Shown one piece after another: positions 1-9,808 of a stretch of 64,000 bases of DNA; position 1 is the stretch's first letter, and each line of letters opens with the position of its first letter. The notes beneath the pieces were generated by a model, which saw only the letters and a program-made list of their open reading frames with translations, searched no databases and had not been told where the DNA came from. The DNA is from a candidate division WOR-3 bacterium. GTDB lineage: Bacteria; Hydrothermota; UBA3072; B12-G15. Location of the stretch: the NCBI GenBank assembly GCA_965649055.1, contig CBFGJG010000004.1, positions 1-64,000 on the forward strand, read 5' to 3'. A program made the translations under genes and the position numbers.

Positions 1-795
1 TCTGTAAAGAATATGATGAATAAGATAAAATCATTAAAACCAGATGCAATGCTTTATCTTCCACAGGATGCTGATTCATTGTTGAAACATTTGAAGGTTT
101 TCATATGGGGAAAGATGATAGGAATAAAAAATATCTATGGTGGTATGATAAATTTCCTGCCATTATTTAAACATAAACAGAATGAGACATTATCATTTAT
201 GAATGAGGCAGAAAGGATGATGTTATTTTTAGATGAAAAGATTAACTATTCGGAGAAATTCTATAAAATTCCTGATGAAGTAATAGAAAAAGTTAAAAGA
301 ATAATGAAAACATATAAATTAAAGAAAAAAGGGTTCATAACCATTCATCCCGGTGCTAAAAGAAAGGCTAATAGATGGAACGAAGAGAATTTCATAGAAC
401 TTATAAATTATTTAAAGAAAAGATACAAGATAGTTTTAACAGGTTCAATGGATGAAAAAGAGATATGCGAAAGGATAAGTAAAAAGACAGGTTGTATTGA
501 TTTTTCAGGAAAGATAGATATAAAAGAACTTATTTCATTATTGAGTTTTTCAAAATTACTTATATCAAATGATACAGGACCTGTTCATCTTGCACCATTG
601 GCTGATATACCTTTAATAATGATTCAATCAGCAAGGGATTTTGAGAACAAATGGAAACCTTATGGTGAAAAGGCGATTGTTTTAAGAAAGAATACTGATT
701 GTTCACCCTGCTTAAAGGAAGAATGTGATGATTTAATTTGTCTTGATGAGATAACAAAAGATGAGGTAATAGAAGTTATTAATAAAATGGTATGA
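1..795 (+). CDS. Glycosyltransferase family 9 (heptosyltransferase-like), probably 5'-truncated by the window edge
   Basis: Motifs IHPGA-x4-RW, LISNDTGPVHLA and C-terminal CSPC-x3-C-x4-C; the frame is open from base 1. Confidence 0.85.
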   Translation, partial: SVKNMMNKIKSLKPDAMLYLPQDADSLLKHLKVFIWGKMIGIKNIYGGMINFLPLFKHKQNETLSFMNEAERMMLFLDEKINYSEKFYKIPDEVIEKVKRIMKTYKLKKKGFITIHPGAKRKANRWNEENFIELINYLKKRYKIVLTGSMDEKEICERISKKTGCIDFSGKIDIKELISLLSFSKLLISNDTGPVHLAPLADIPLIMIQSARDFENKWKPYGEKAIVLRKNTDCSPCLKEECDDLICLDEITKDEVIEVINKMV

Positions 796-2168
796 GAAAG
801 AAAATATTGATTCTATTATTATTTATAATTGTTCTAAATCTTAATAAATGGCATAATAATTTGATTTATGAAAGATTACTTGCATCTTTTCTTCTTTTTC
901 TTGGAGTCTTACCCTTTTTATATCAAACTGAAAAGAAAGAAATGATAATTCCATTTTTTGAATTTGTAAGTCTGTTCTATGTGTTATTCTTTTCATTCCC
1001 GATGTATTTTATAGATTTGAATGAAGAATATATATTAGGATTACTTTCGCAACGTTCAATAATAAGGGCATTGCTTTATGCTAATATAGGATATATATTT
1101 TTACTTTCAGGGTTTACTATTACAAAAAATATACAATTTTTAAAATTAATTCCAAAAGTAAAAATAAACATTAAAAGAGAAAAAAATATTACATTATTTT
1201 TAATTGTAATTTTTATTTTAGGAATATTAGCGGACATTTATTTTGGAAGAGCCCCTTTTATTTTTAAAGCAGTTCTTTATTTCTTCAAATTTTTTCCGAG
1301 AATTAGTATGTGCATTCTCTTTATGTATTTTCTTCAAAAAAAACTTAACATATTTTATATTTTGATATTATTTGTAATTATTGTTCCATATATATTTATA
1401 AAAGATTTTGAATCAGGGCTTCTTGGTGGTGTTATATTTGACCTGACTTCATTACTATATATCTATTGGTATGTAAACAAAAAACTTCCATATATTGCAA
1501 TCATTTTATTTGTCATTCTTTTTTTACCATTTAATTATACAAAATCAGAATATAGATTATATGCATGGTATGGACCTTACGCAAAGGCAAACACATTTGA
1601 AAGGGTAGGGATTCATTTTAATTTACTTAATGAAAAATTCAAAAATGAGAAAATATTGCTATTTTACAATGGATGGGAAAGTCTTATTAAAAGATTGGAC
1701 CTTATAAGTCAGTTTTCTAAATGTATTGATTTAACACCTGAAGTTATTCCTTACTGGAAAGGATATTCATTAAGACCATTGTTAACTGCACCTATACCAA
1801 GATTTATAATGCCTTGGAAACTTACAGAAAATATGGGTCAGGAATTTGGACATAGATATGGATTACTTGACCCTACTGATTTTGGAACATCAATAAACTT
1901 ACCAATTCTTGATGAATTATATATAAATTGGGGATTGTTTGGAATTATAATAGGAATGTTTATAATAGGATTTTCATATAGAATTTTATATAGAATAATA
2001 AATTATGAAAATCTAAATGCATTTATTGCGGCAATCGGGATTATAATATTTTGGGTTATTCAGAATGTTTCATCAAACATTTCTCTATTGTTTGGTAACC
2101 TTACTGAATATATCATTATTCTATATCTTATCTTCTTAATATTACAATGGATTGAAAAGATAACTTAA
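792..2168 (+). CDS. Polytopic membrane protein, O-antigen/polysaccharide polymerase (Wzy)-like
   Basis: About 10 hydrophobic segments, a large loop, then ELYINWGLFGIIIGMF; overlaps the GT9 gene. Confidence 0.55.
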   Translation: MRKKILILLLFIIVLNLNKWHNNLIYERLLASFLLFLGVLPFLYQTEKKEMIIPFFEFVSLFYVLFFSFPMYFIDLNEEYILGLLSQRSIIRALLYANIGYIFLLSGFTITKNIQFLKLIPKVKINIKREKNITLFLIVIFILGILADIYFGRAPFIFKAVLYFFKFFPRISMCILFMYFLQKKLNIFYILILFVIIVPYIFIKDFESGLLGGVIFDLTSLLYIYWYVNKKLPYIAIILFVILFLPFNYTKSEYRLYAWYGPYAKANTFERVGIHFNLLNEKFKNEKILLFYNGWESLIKRLDLISQFSKCIDLTPEVIPYWKGYSLRPLLTAPIPRFIMPWKLTENMGQEFGHRYGLLDPTDFGTSINLPILDELYINWGLFGIIIGMFIIGFSYRILYRIINYENLNAFIAAIGIIIFWVIQNVSSNISLLFGNLTEYIIILYLIFLILQWIEKIT

Positions 2169-2177
2169 GATTGGAAG

Positions 2178-2488
2178 CAGTCATAAACTTTCAACTTTTC
2201 TGATACAAAGAGTCATTACGAGCATTGAGATTTCTTACATAATTTCAAAACTCAATGCGTGGTAATCTCAGGGGTTAAAAGGTAAGAAAACAAGGGATTC
2301 CCACGCCTTCGAAGGAAGGCTCGGAATGACAAATAGAGGAAAATCGAAGGGCTCGCAATGACATAAAAGGAAGAAAAGGATGGGATTGCCACGCATTCCT
2401 TCGGAATGCTCGCAATGACATCTTACGATGTCAGATTACCATTAGTTAGATTAGAGAAGCAAAGAAGCCAACTAAACTTTGGTATGAC
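2178..2488 (+). repeat. REP-like hairpin repeat array A
   Basis: Units GRGATT(G/C)CCAC-hairpin-CTCG(C/G)AATGAC at 2294-2330 and 2382-2419, an inverted unit at 2212-2269, plus half and degenerate units. Confidence 0.9.
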
Positions 2489-2599
2489 AAAAAACATAAT
2501 GTAAGTATTCTGAAAATCTATCATATAGGAGAAAAGAACTAATAAATTTTAAACCATACAAATCGTTGTTCCCTATCAAACAAAAAATATATATAAATA

Positions 2600-3730
2600 T
2601 TAACGAATTTTTAAAAAAATGTATTTTTTGAAAAATTGATAAAATATATAAAAAATCAGCAATTGTGATAAAAAATTTACAATTAATGGAATATTTGGAA
2701 CAAATTTATCCATTATAAAAATTAGTTTTTCTATAATTAAAAAAATTATAAAAATAAGAAATATAATATATTCGCTTTTAAAAACATTTTCATTCAAAGT
2801 AAATAATGGAAGCAATAGAAGAAAAATATCCATTTTGTGATGATAAAACAAAATAAAGCTGAAACATATTACAGAAAACATCCAATAATAATCAGGAATT
2901 ATATATTTACGAAAAAATTTATAATAAAATACAATAAGAATCATAAAAAAATTAAATATAACAAGAATACTACTTATAGAAAATAAAATTGAAGAAAAAT
3001 TTATCGCAAAAGCCGATAAAGTTGTCTTTGCTAATGGTAAATGCATTTTTGCTATTGTTAAATAATTATTAAGAAATAATGTTATGGTGGATCTTGAATG
3101 TATAGTAAATATGTATATAACAATAACTTGGAAGCACAGAGCTAAAGAATATATCTTAATAGTTCGTTTATTAAATGGATAATATAAAGGTATCCATATT
3201 GCGAGGTTCGGCTTAGAAAAAAGAATCATTAGAAGAAATGGATTCGCAAAATAATTAAAAAAAGGTGTATTTTTGTTTTTCATAAGATGATCAAAAAGAA
3301 TAAACATAGGAAAATAAAAAAACAATGATTGTCCCAGACCAATATTGTTTCTATAAGGAAGGGTCAATAGTAGTAAAAAATATAAATTTTCGAAATCCTT
3401 GTTATTTTTTTTTAAAAATTTACAAAAATATAATCCAATAACTCCTATAATACCATACAATAGATATCCACAAAAATTATTAAGCAATGCAAATGGAAGA
3501 AGGATGTATAAACCTTGGGGTAAAATTGTGGGCGGGGGAATAGTTTTTGAAATATCGCGATTCTCAAGGTATTCAAAATAAGGCGATTGTCTATATAATA
3601 AAAGTTTGGCTCCTTTTATATGGCAATCACCCCCAAATTTTATTAAATTTTTAATCCCTGCAATTGCACTAATTAAAGCAAAAAGTATTAAAAAAAATTT
3701 AAATAAATTTTTAATTTTCAAAATCTGCAT
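2600..3730 (-). CDS. Integral membrane protein, possibly a GT-C (GT87-like) glycosyltransferase
   Basis: Very hydrophobic; N-terminal D..G..LL..SPY, then LGQ, SKPN and HH.MD motifs reminiscent of GT87. Confidence 0.5.
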   Translation of the reverse strand: MQILKIKNLFKFFLILFALISAIAGIKNLIKFGGDCHIKGAKLLLYRQSPYFEYLENRDISKTIPPPTILPQGLYILLPFALLNNFCGYLLYGIIGVIGLYFCKFLKKNNKDFENLYFLLLLTLPYRNNIGLGQSLFFYFPMFILFDHLMKNKNTPFFNYFANPFLLMILFSKPNLAIWIPLYYPFNKRTIKIYSLALCFQVIVIYIFTIHSRSTITLFLNNYLTIAKMHLPLAKTTLSAFAINFSSILFSISSILVIFNFFMILIVFYYKFFRKYIIPDYYWMFSVICFSFILFYHHKMDIFLLLLPLFTLNENVFKSEYIIFLIFIIFLIIEKLIFIMDKFVPNIPLIVNFLSQLLIFYIFYQFFKKYIFLKIR

Positions 3731-3738
3731 TTAAATAA

Positions 3739-3766
3739 ATTTTAATCAGATTATTAATGATGTCAA
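3739..3766 (-). promoter_or_regulatory. Sigma70-type promoter, probably leaderless
   Basis: TTGACA-N16-TAAAAT ending 8 nt before the ATG at 3730; no SD. Confidence 0.6.
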
Positions 3767-3817
3767 TTAATTTTTGGTGTCTAGTCTTCGCTTTTGACAA
3801 AGAAGTTGGTGAAAATT

Positions 3818-4412
3818 GGGGTCAGTCGTAAAGTTTCAACTTTGAATTTGAAAAACTGGGATTGCCACGGGCTTTTGATGGATATGCAAGGAAGCATAAC
3901 AGCCCTCGCAATGACAAATAAAAGAAAAAAGAAGAGATTCCCACGGCTTTCTTCGAGAGCCTCGGAATAACACATTATAGGAGTCATTACGAGCATTGAG
4001 ATTGCTTACATATTTGCTATACTCAATGCGTGGTAATCTCAGGGGTTAAAAGGTAGAAAACATGGGATTCCCACGCCTTCCGAAGGAAGGCTCGGAATGA
4101 CAGAAAAAAGGGAATCGAAAGGCTCGCAATGACATTAAAGGAGAAAGAATGAGATTCCCACGGCTTTCTTCGAAAGCCTTCGGAATGACAAAAAAGAAAA
4201 AAGAACGAGATTGCCACGTCGCTATGCGACTCGGAATGACAACAAAAAAGATGGGATTGCCACGGCTTCCGAAGGAAGGCTCGGAATGACAAATAAAAAA
4301 ATCAGAAGGCTTGGAATGACAGAAAAGGAGAATCAAATGCTTGGAATGATAAGAAATGAAAGGCTGACAATGATAGAAAACAAAAGTTACGCAGGCTGAA
4401 GCCTGCGGCTAC
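3818..4412 (+). repeat. REP-like hairpin repeat array B
   Basis: GGGGTCAGTC cap, six full units (3858, 3934, 4064, 4151, 4207, 4253), an inverted unit at 3983-4040, decaying half-units, and a terminal palindrome at 4390-4412. Confidence 0.92.
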
Positions 4413-4557
4413 CATAAAAGAGAAATAAAATGATTAAACAAAATTAATGGGGGCAGGCGTCTACTTTTGAATACTTTTGAATTTGAAAAATAATACTTGA
4501 CAAAGATTTTGTAATGGTCAATTATCTATTTAACAATAAACCTTAAAGGAGGTTTTT

Positions 4558-7044
4558 ATGCAAAAGTTTCTTTCCATCATTATTCTGGTGTTTGTTTTTA
4601 TCTCTGTCGTGGGGTCTAATCAACCAAACATTCAAATTGATAGAGATAAAAATGAACAGAAGATTCCAGATAGTTCATTCGGTAACTTCAAGGGAATCAA
4701 CAGGTCAACCATAGAACCAATTGAGAGAACAAATAATTTAGAAAAAGAAAAGACATTTGAATTTTACAAATCAGATGAAATAAATAATCCCTTTTTATCA
4801 GGAGGTTATTTAGAAGGGAAATCTTCATTTTCAGGCGCAAAGAGTATAAGCGATGTTGTTGATAGTTTTTTGTTACCAAATTATTATAATAATGGGAGTG
4901 AATGGGACGGTAGATACATCTATATTGTTCAATCAACAGGTTCAGGTTCTGCTGGAAATGTTCATGTATTTGACCCTGAAATAGGTCTGGTAATAGACAA
5001 TTGGACTCTTCCATTTACGGGTAATGTTTTTGGTGTTGCATTTGTTAATGGTTATATGTATGTAAGTGATTGGACGAATGGAATGATAAGAAAGGTTGAT
5101 CTGATATCAAAAACACTTGTCTATTCTTTCCCAGCCCCAGGAGACATATTTATCAGGGGTATTACTTCAGATGGTCAAAATATATATGCGGCGGTAGCAG
5201 GATTCATTGATACAGTCTATCTTATAGATACACTTGGAAGCATATTAAATTCTTGGTATACAGGTTCATTCTGTGATTGGGTTATGGATATTGCCTATTC
5301 TAAAAGAGATAGCACTATCTGGATGGGTAATGATGTTACTGCTCAGATAATGAAAGTTGATTTGAAGACTTCCAATGCTCAATTGCTCTATGCATTTACA
5401 CCACCCGAAGTATGGAATATTATTGAAGGGATAGCATTTGATGGAAGCGACCTTTGGTTTAACACATATTACGGTTCCCAAATTTATAGAATAGATGCAG
5501 GATATTCTCGTTCAAGGTTTGCTTTGTTCCAGGATTATGAACCATGGGGTTTGAGAAGTATTAAAGATATATTGTATGCGAATGGAATTCCTTTCAAAGT
5601 TTTTTCTACATACGATATGGGAAATGTAGACCTTTCTAAATACACAAAGGCAATAATAGTGAATCAACAGAGCAGGGAGATGGGTGATTCATTGGCTTCA
5701 CATAAAGACTGGTGGGAAAACTGGATAAACAATGGTGGTGTATTAGAAATACATGGAGCAACATATATAGACGATAGTTGGGAAGGGCTTGTTCTTCCGG
5801 GAAATATTTCAGTCGTTTGTAATGCTGTCGTTTTAAGAAACATCTTGAATATTTCATCAGGATGGCATCCAATCATAAATTATCCATATTATATTACGGA
5901 TGAATCTATAGATAATTGGAATTCTTCAAGCCATGGATATCTTATAAATTTAGGTGAACATTACACAATTATCAATGATGAAGAATCCTATCCAGTTCTT
6001 GCTATAAAAAGATTAGGAAAAGGTGGAATAATAGCAACAATGATGACACTTGAATGGGGTTGGGCTGGGGGATATTCACAAATACTTGAAAATGTCTTAA
6101 AATACTGGCAATATGGTGTTTCGAATAATGTTTTATTCGCAATTGCTGAATTTGACCAGCTTTGGATGAGAAATGCCCTTATGGAAAGAAATCCGGAAAT
6201 AAAAAACGTTGATTATATGAATGCAATATCTACAATTCCCAAATTGAATGATTTTAAGATGTATGATGTTGTTTTTACATTACCAAATTTCCAATATGCT
6301 GATAAGATTGCTATGGGAGATACACTTGCTGCTTATGTTGATATTGGAGGGAAAGTAATTTGCGGAACATTTTGTTGGTATTCATATGGTAACAATCTTG
6401 GTGGAGAAATAATGACAGCGGATTACAATCCATTCTATAATCCGACTGGCTGGAATCATTTTAGTTTCGCAAATCTTGGCTGGTATGATGTCACACATCC
6501 AATGATGAATGGAATTAATACATTCGGTGAAATCTACAGGGATTATCTTGCATTAAATCCGGGTGCTGACACTGTTGCAAAATATGATGATGGAGAATAT
6601 CTTATAGGGATAAAAACACAGGAGACAAAAGGAAATAATGGGGTTGTTGTAGGGTTTAATGCATTACCATTGGATTCAACATCTTATTATAATTGGAGTG
6701 GACAGATGGTATCCTTGCTTGGAAATGTTATAAACTGGAGCGCTTCATATACGGGTATTGATGATAATATTATTAGTGGAAAAGGTTTTAAAATAATAAA
6801 AATAAGCAATCCGGTGTTAAAAGATAATGAATGGATTGAACTGATAATCACTTCACCTTCGAAGATTAATTTCAAGATAATAGATATTACAGGTAGAGAG
6901 GTATTCGTAAGGAATTATGATTTTAAGACGCAAGGGATAAAGAGGATTGAATTTAATGTTTCTAATTTACCATCAGGTGCATATTTTATCTCAGTTAGTA
7001 GTGATAAAGAGAAAGAAATAAGAAAAGGAATAATTATAAGATAG
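4558..7044 (+). CDS. Secreted multidomain protein: beta-propeller, alpha/beta domains and a T9SS-type C-terminal sorting-like domain
   Basis: AAGGAGG RBS, signal peptide, repeated blades (GVAFVNG, GITSDG, GIAFDG), C-terminal IIDITGREV...NLPSGAYFISV. Confidence 0.7.
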   Translation: MQKFLSIIILVFVFISVVGSNQPNIQIDRDKNEQKIPDSSFGNFKGINRSTIEPIERTNNLEKEKTFEFYKSDEINNPFLSGGYLEGKSSFSGAKSISDVVDSFLLPNYYNNGSEWDGRYIYIVQSTGSGSAGNVHVFDPEIGLVIDNWTLPFTGNVFGVAFVNGYMYVSDWTNGMIRKVDLISKTLVYSFPAPGDIFIRGITSDGQNIYAAVAGFIDTVYLIDTLGSILNSWYTGSFCDWVMDIAYSKRDSTIWMGNDVTAQIMKVDLKTSNAQLLYAFTPPEVWNIIEGIAFDGSDLWFNTYYGSQIYRIDAGYSRSRFALFQDYEPWGLRSIKDILYANGIPFKVFSTYDMGNVDLSKYTKAIIVNQQSREMGDSLASHKDWWENWINNGGVLEIHGATYIDDSWEGLVLPGNISVVCNAVVLRNILNISSGWHPIINYPYYITDESIDNWNSSSHGYLINLGEHYTIINDEESYPVLAIKRLGKGGIIATMMTLEWGWAGGYSQILENVLKYWQYGVSNNVLFAIAEFDQLWMRNALMERNPEIKNVDYMNAISTIPKLNDFKMYDVVFTLPNFQYADKIAMGDTLAAYVDIGGKVICGTFCWYSYGNNLGGEIMTADYNPFYNPTGWNHFSFANLGWYDVTHPMMNGINTFGEIYRDYLALNPGADTVAKYDDGEYLIGIKTQETKGNNGVVVGFNALPLDSTSYYNWSGQMVSLLGNVINWSASYTGIDDNIISGKGFKIIKISNPVLKDNEWIELIITSPSKINFKIIDITGREVFVRNYDFKTQGIKRIEFNVSNLPSGAYFISVSSDKEKEIRKGIIIR

Positions 7045-7057
7045 AAAAAAAATAATT

Positions 7058-7548
7058 GGGGTCAGTCATAAACCTTCAACTTTTCTTGTAGAAAGGATGG
7101 GATTGCCACGCATTCCTGCGGAATGCTCGCAATGACGACAGGGAAGAAGAAAGGATTAGATTCCCACGGGCTTTGGTAGTTATGCAAAGTAGTCTGCAAG
7201 CCCTCGGAATGACAACAAAAAAAAGATGGGATTGCCACGCATTCCTGCGGAATGCTCGCAATGACAGAAAAAAAGGAATCGTAATGCTCGCAATGACACA
7301 TAAAGGAAGAAAAGATGGGATTGCCACGTCGCTATGCGACTCGGAATGACAAATAAAAAAATCAGAAGGCTTGGAATGACAGAAAAGGAGAATCAAATGC
7401 TTGGAATGATAAGAAATGAAAGGCGGACAATGATAAAAAACAAAAGTTACGCAGGCTGAAGCCTGCGGCTACCATAAAAGAAAGAAAGCAAAAACTTTTG
7501 AATTTGAAAAATCGGAGATTTCTACGATTCTACGCATCTCAGAATGAC
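7058..7548 (+). repeat. REP-like hairpin repeat array C
   Basis: Same cap, four full units (7099, 7158, 7228, 7317); tail 7340-7481 is nearly identical to 4280-4421. Confidence 0.92.
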
Positions 7549-7667
7549 AGAAGTGTAAAAGGTCCTGCAAAGACAGGTAAAGGGAATTGTTTAAATATGT
7601 TAACTATCAAAACTTAACCATATACAAATTAACTTTTATACAAAATATCATAACTTTATAAATATTA

Positions 7668-7695
7668 TTGACTTATTAAAATTATGTATTATAAT
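7668..7695 (+). promoter_or_regulatory. Sigma70-type promoter
   Basis: TTGACT-N16-TATAAT; it overlaps the ORF-finder ATG at 7684, so the true start is probably 7708 or later. Confidence 0.6.
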
Positions 7696-7707
7696 TTTAT
7701 TGCATTT

Positions 7708-9669
7708 ATGGAAAAGAAAAAGTTTATTTCTATAATGCTAAACAAAGAATTTTTCTTTGTGATTATTCTTTTAATAATTTTTTCAACAATGAGACTCATA
7801 TTTCTAAGGGCTGACCCACCTGCCAAACACTTTATGTGCTATGGTGTATATTTGACAGATGAGGGATACAGGGTAACATCTGCAAGGGATAGGGCGCTTT
7901 TTGACCTTAAATATGAAACTATATATAAATTCAATAAAACTGTTGCAACATCAATAGTTATACATTTTATTTATTATGTTATTTTTAAGATATTTGGTGT
8001 TGGTTATCTTCAGATAAGAATTGTTCCTGCAATATTAAGTATATTCAGTCTTATAATATTTTATCTGATTGTGAGAAAATATTTTACATTATATCAATCT
8101 TTAATTATATTTTTTCTATTTGGTATAAATCATATATTTCTTTTCTATAACAGACTTGGATTAATGGAAACTTTCCTTGTCTTCTTTGTTTTGATTCCTA
8201 TTTTTATTCTTTTTTATTCTGAAAACTGGAAACCATTTTTTCATATTTTCCCGGGAATTTCTTTTGCACTTGCATTGTTTGTTAAACCACATGCGATTCC
8301 TTTCATAATTGTTTATTTGCTAATCCTGTTTATTTTTAATAAAAATAACCTTAAAATATTCCTTATAAAATCCGCATACTTTCTATCAGGTCTTTTTATT
8401 ATTGTTTTAATTTTTGTTTCTTATATTTATATTACAAAATCACAATTTCTTTTTATTGAAAGCCTTAGCAGGGAAGTGGAAGCAAGAATTTTTTCGGGAT
8501 TTAAAAATCTGTTCAATAATTTTGCTTTCTTCCCACCTTTGTATTATGTGAGACTTTCACCTTTATCGTTTTATCTTTGCATATTGTTATATTTTACATT
8601 GATATTGAAGTTAATTCAGGACTACAGGAATATTAATATTTTTGAGTATTTAATTATATTTCTTTTACCTTTACAGGTTTTCTCTATTGCATTTGTTAAA
8701 TACCAGCCAATCAGATATTTTATATCAATGATTATTCCTGTAAGTATTGGTTTAGGTATTCTTTCTTTACAGAAGTATGAATTTTTATCAGGTAAAAAAG
8801 AACTTTTATTAAAATCAATTCTCATATTTTTTATAACATTATTTACTTCTATTGGAGCAATGTTTATCTTTTTCCCTAAAACAGATAAAATATTTAAAGT
8901 TGTCCGTGATATTTATATCTCTTTAGATTATTACATAATAGCAGCATGTATTTCTTTTATATTCTCGATTGTAAATTTTTTGATAAATTATAAAATCTGG
9001 ATTAAATATAAAAAGTTAAAAACCCTTGTAATCGTTTCTACTTTTTTTATTAGTTTTTTTATCTGTTTTGTAATACTAAAGGATATTCCTTTAATTTTAA
9101 AAGGTGTTTTAAAAATTTTACCTATATGGTATTTTTTTAATTATAATTTGATTATCTCCGGAATTATCTCGATATTGTTAATTCCACTGTTTTTTATTCT
9201 TAATTCAAATTTACCGGCAGTAGAATTGAAAACTAATTTAAGGTTTAACAGATTATTTCTTGTGCTTGTTTTGGTTACAACTTTATGGGATATTTATCCT
9301 TATTACAGGTGGATAAGAAATATAGATTATTCTGTTTATAACGCTTCAAAAGAGATTGGGAATCTAACACAGAATAAAGGTGTTATTTTTAGCAGGGCTG
9401 CAACGTCACTTGCAATTGAGAATAATTTAATGGCTGTAAATAATCTGAACTTTTTGTTAGACCTTGTGCCATATTTTAAAATAAGAAAAATACCAATATA
9501 TATCTTATTTACAAGAATACAAGAATTTGAAGATTTTTACAAAAAGAATGAATATTTTTTAGTATCAATGGGTATTAAACAAATAGTTATGATAAAGGAT
9601 TTTTTATTACTGCAAAATTATGACAGAGAATCTGACTGCTGTTTGTATTATTTAGAATTTGTATATTAA
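7708..9669 (+). CDS. GT-C family (ArnT/GT39-like) membrane glycosyltransferase
   Basis: LTDEG motif after TM1, YNRLGLMET, FVKP, and many TM segments. Confidence 0.7.
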   Translation: MEKKKFISIMLNKEFFFVIILLIIFSTMRLIFLRADPPAKHFMCYGVYLTDEGYRVTSARDRALFDLKYETIYKFNKTVATSIVIHFIYYVIFKIFGVGYLQIRIVPAILSIFSLIIFYLIVRKYFTLYQSLIIFFLFGINHIFLFYNRLGLMETFLVFFVLIPIFILFYSENWKPFFHIFPGISFALALFVKPHAIPFIIVYLLILFIFNKNNLKIFLIKSAYFLSGLFIIVLIFVSYIYITKSQFLFIESLSREVEARIFSGFKNLFNNFAFFPPLYYVRLSPLSFYLCILLYFTLILKLIQDYRNINIFEYLIIFLLPLQVFSIAFVKYQPIRYFISMIIPVSIGLGILSLQKYEFLSGKKELLLKSILIFFITLFTSIGAMFIFFPKTDKIFKVVRDIYISLDYYIIAACISFIFSIVNFLINYKIWIKYKKLKTLVIVSTFFISFFICFVILKDIPLILKGVLKILPIWYFFNYNLIISGIISILLIPLFFILNSNLPAVELKTNLRFNRLFLVLVLVTTLWDIYPYYRWIRNIDYSVYNASKEIGNLTQNKGVIFSRAATSLAIENNLMAVNNLNFLLDLVPYFKIRKIPIYILFTRIQEFEDFYKKNEYFLVSMGIKQIVMIKDFLLLQNYDRESDCCLYYLEFVY

Positions 9670-9670
9670 T

Positions 9671-9789
9671 GGGGTCAGTCATAAACCTTCAACTTTTCTT
9701 GTAGAAAATTGAAAAAGATGAGATTCCCACGGCTTTCTTCGAAAGCCTCGGAATGACAAATAGAGGAAAATCGAAAGGCTCGGAATGAC
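9671..9789 (+). repeat. REP-like hairpin repeat array D
   Basis: 37-bp cap identical to 7058-7094, one full unit at 9720-9757 and one half unit. Confidence 0.9.
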
Positions 9790-9808
9790 AGAAATATTTT
9801 ATATACAA

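Noticed and set aside
3781..4399. Short ORFs 3781-3996, 4023-4292, 4046-4336 and 4211-4399
   Set aside because: They are translations of repeat array B (recurring CHSE, VIAS and WQSH peptides) with no RBS or protein-like composition
7062..7396. ORFs 7062-7301 and 7076-7396
   Set aside because: Same artefact over array C
2178..9789. Hairpin arrays as CRISPR arrays or integron attC sites
   Set aside because: The variable part is inside the unit, the linkers are short A-rich and reused rather than unique spacers, there are no RYYYAAC/GTTRRRY ends, and no integrase or cas gene is present
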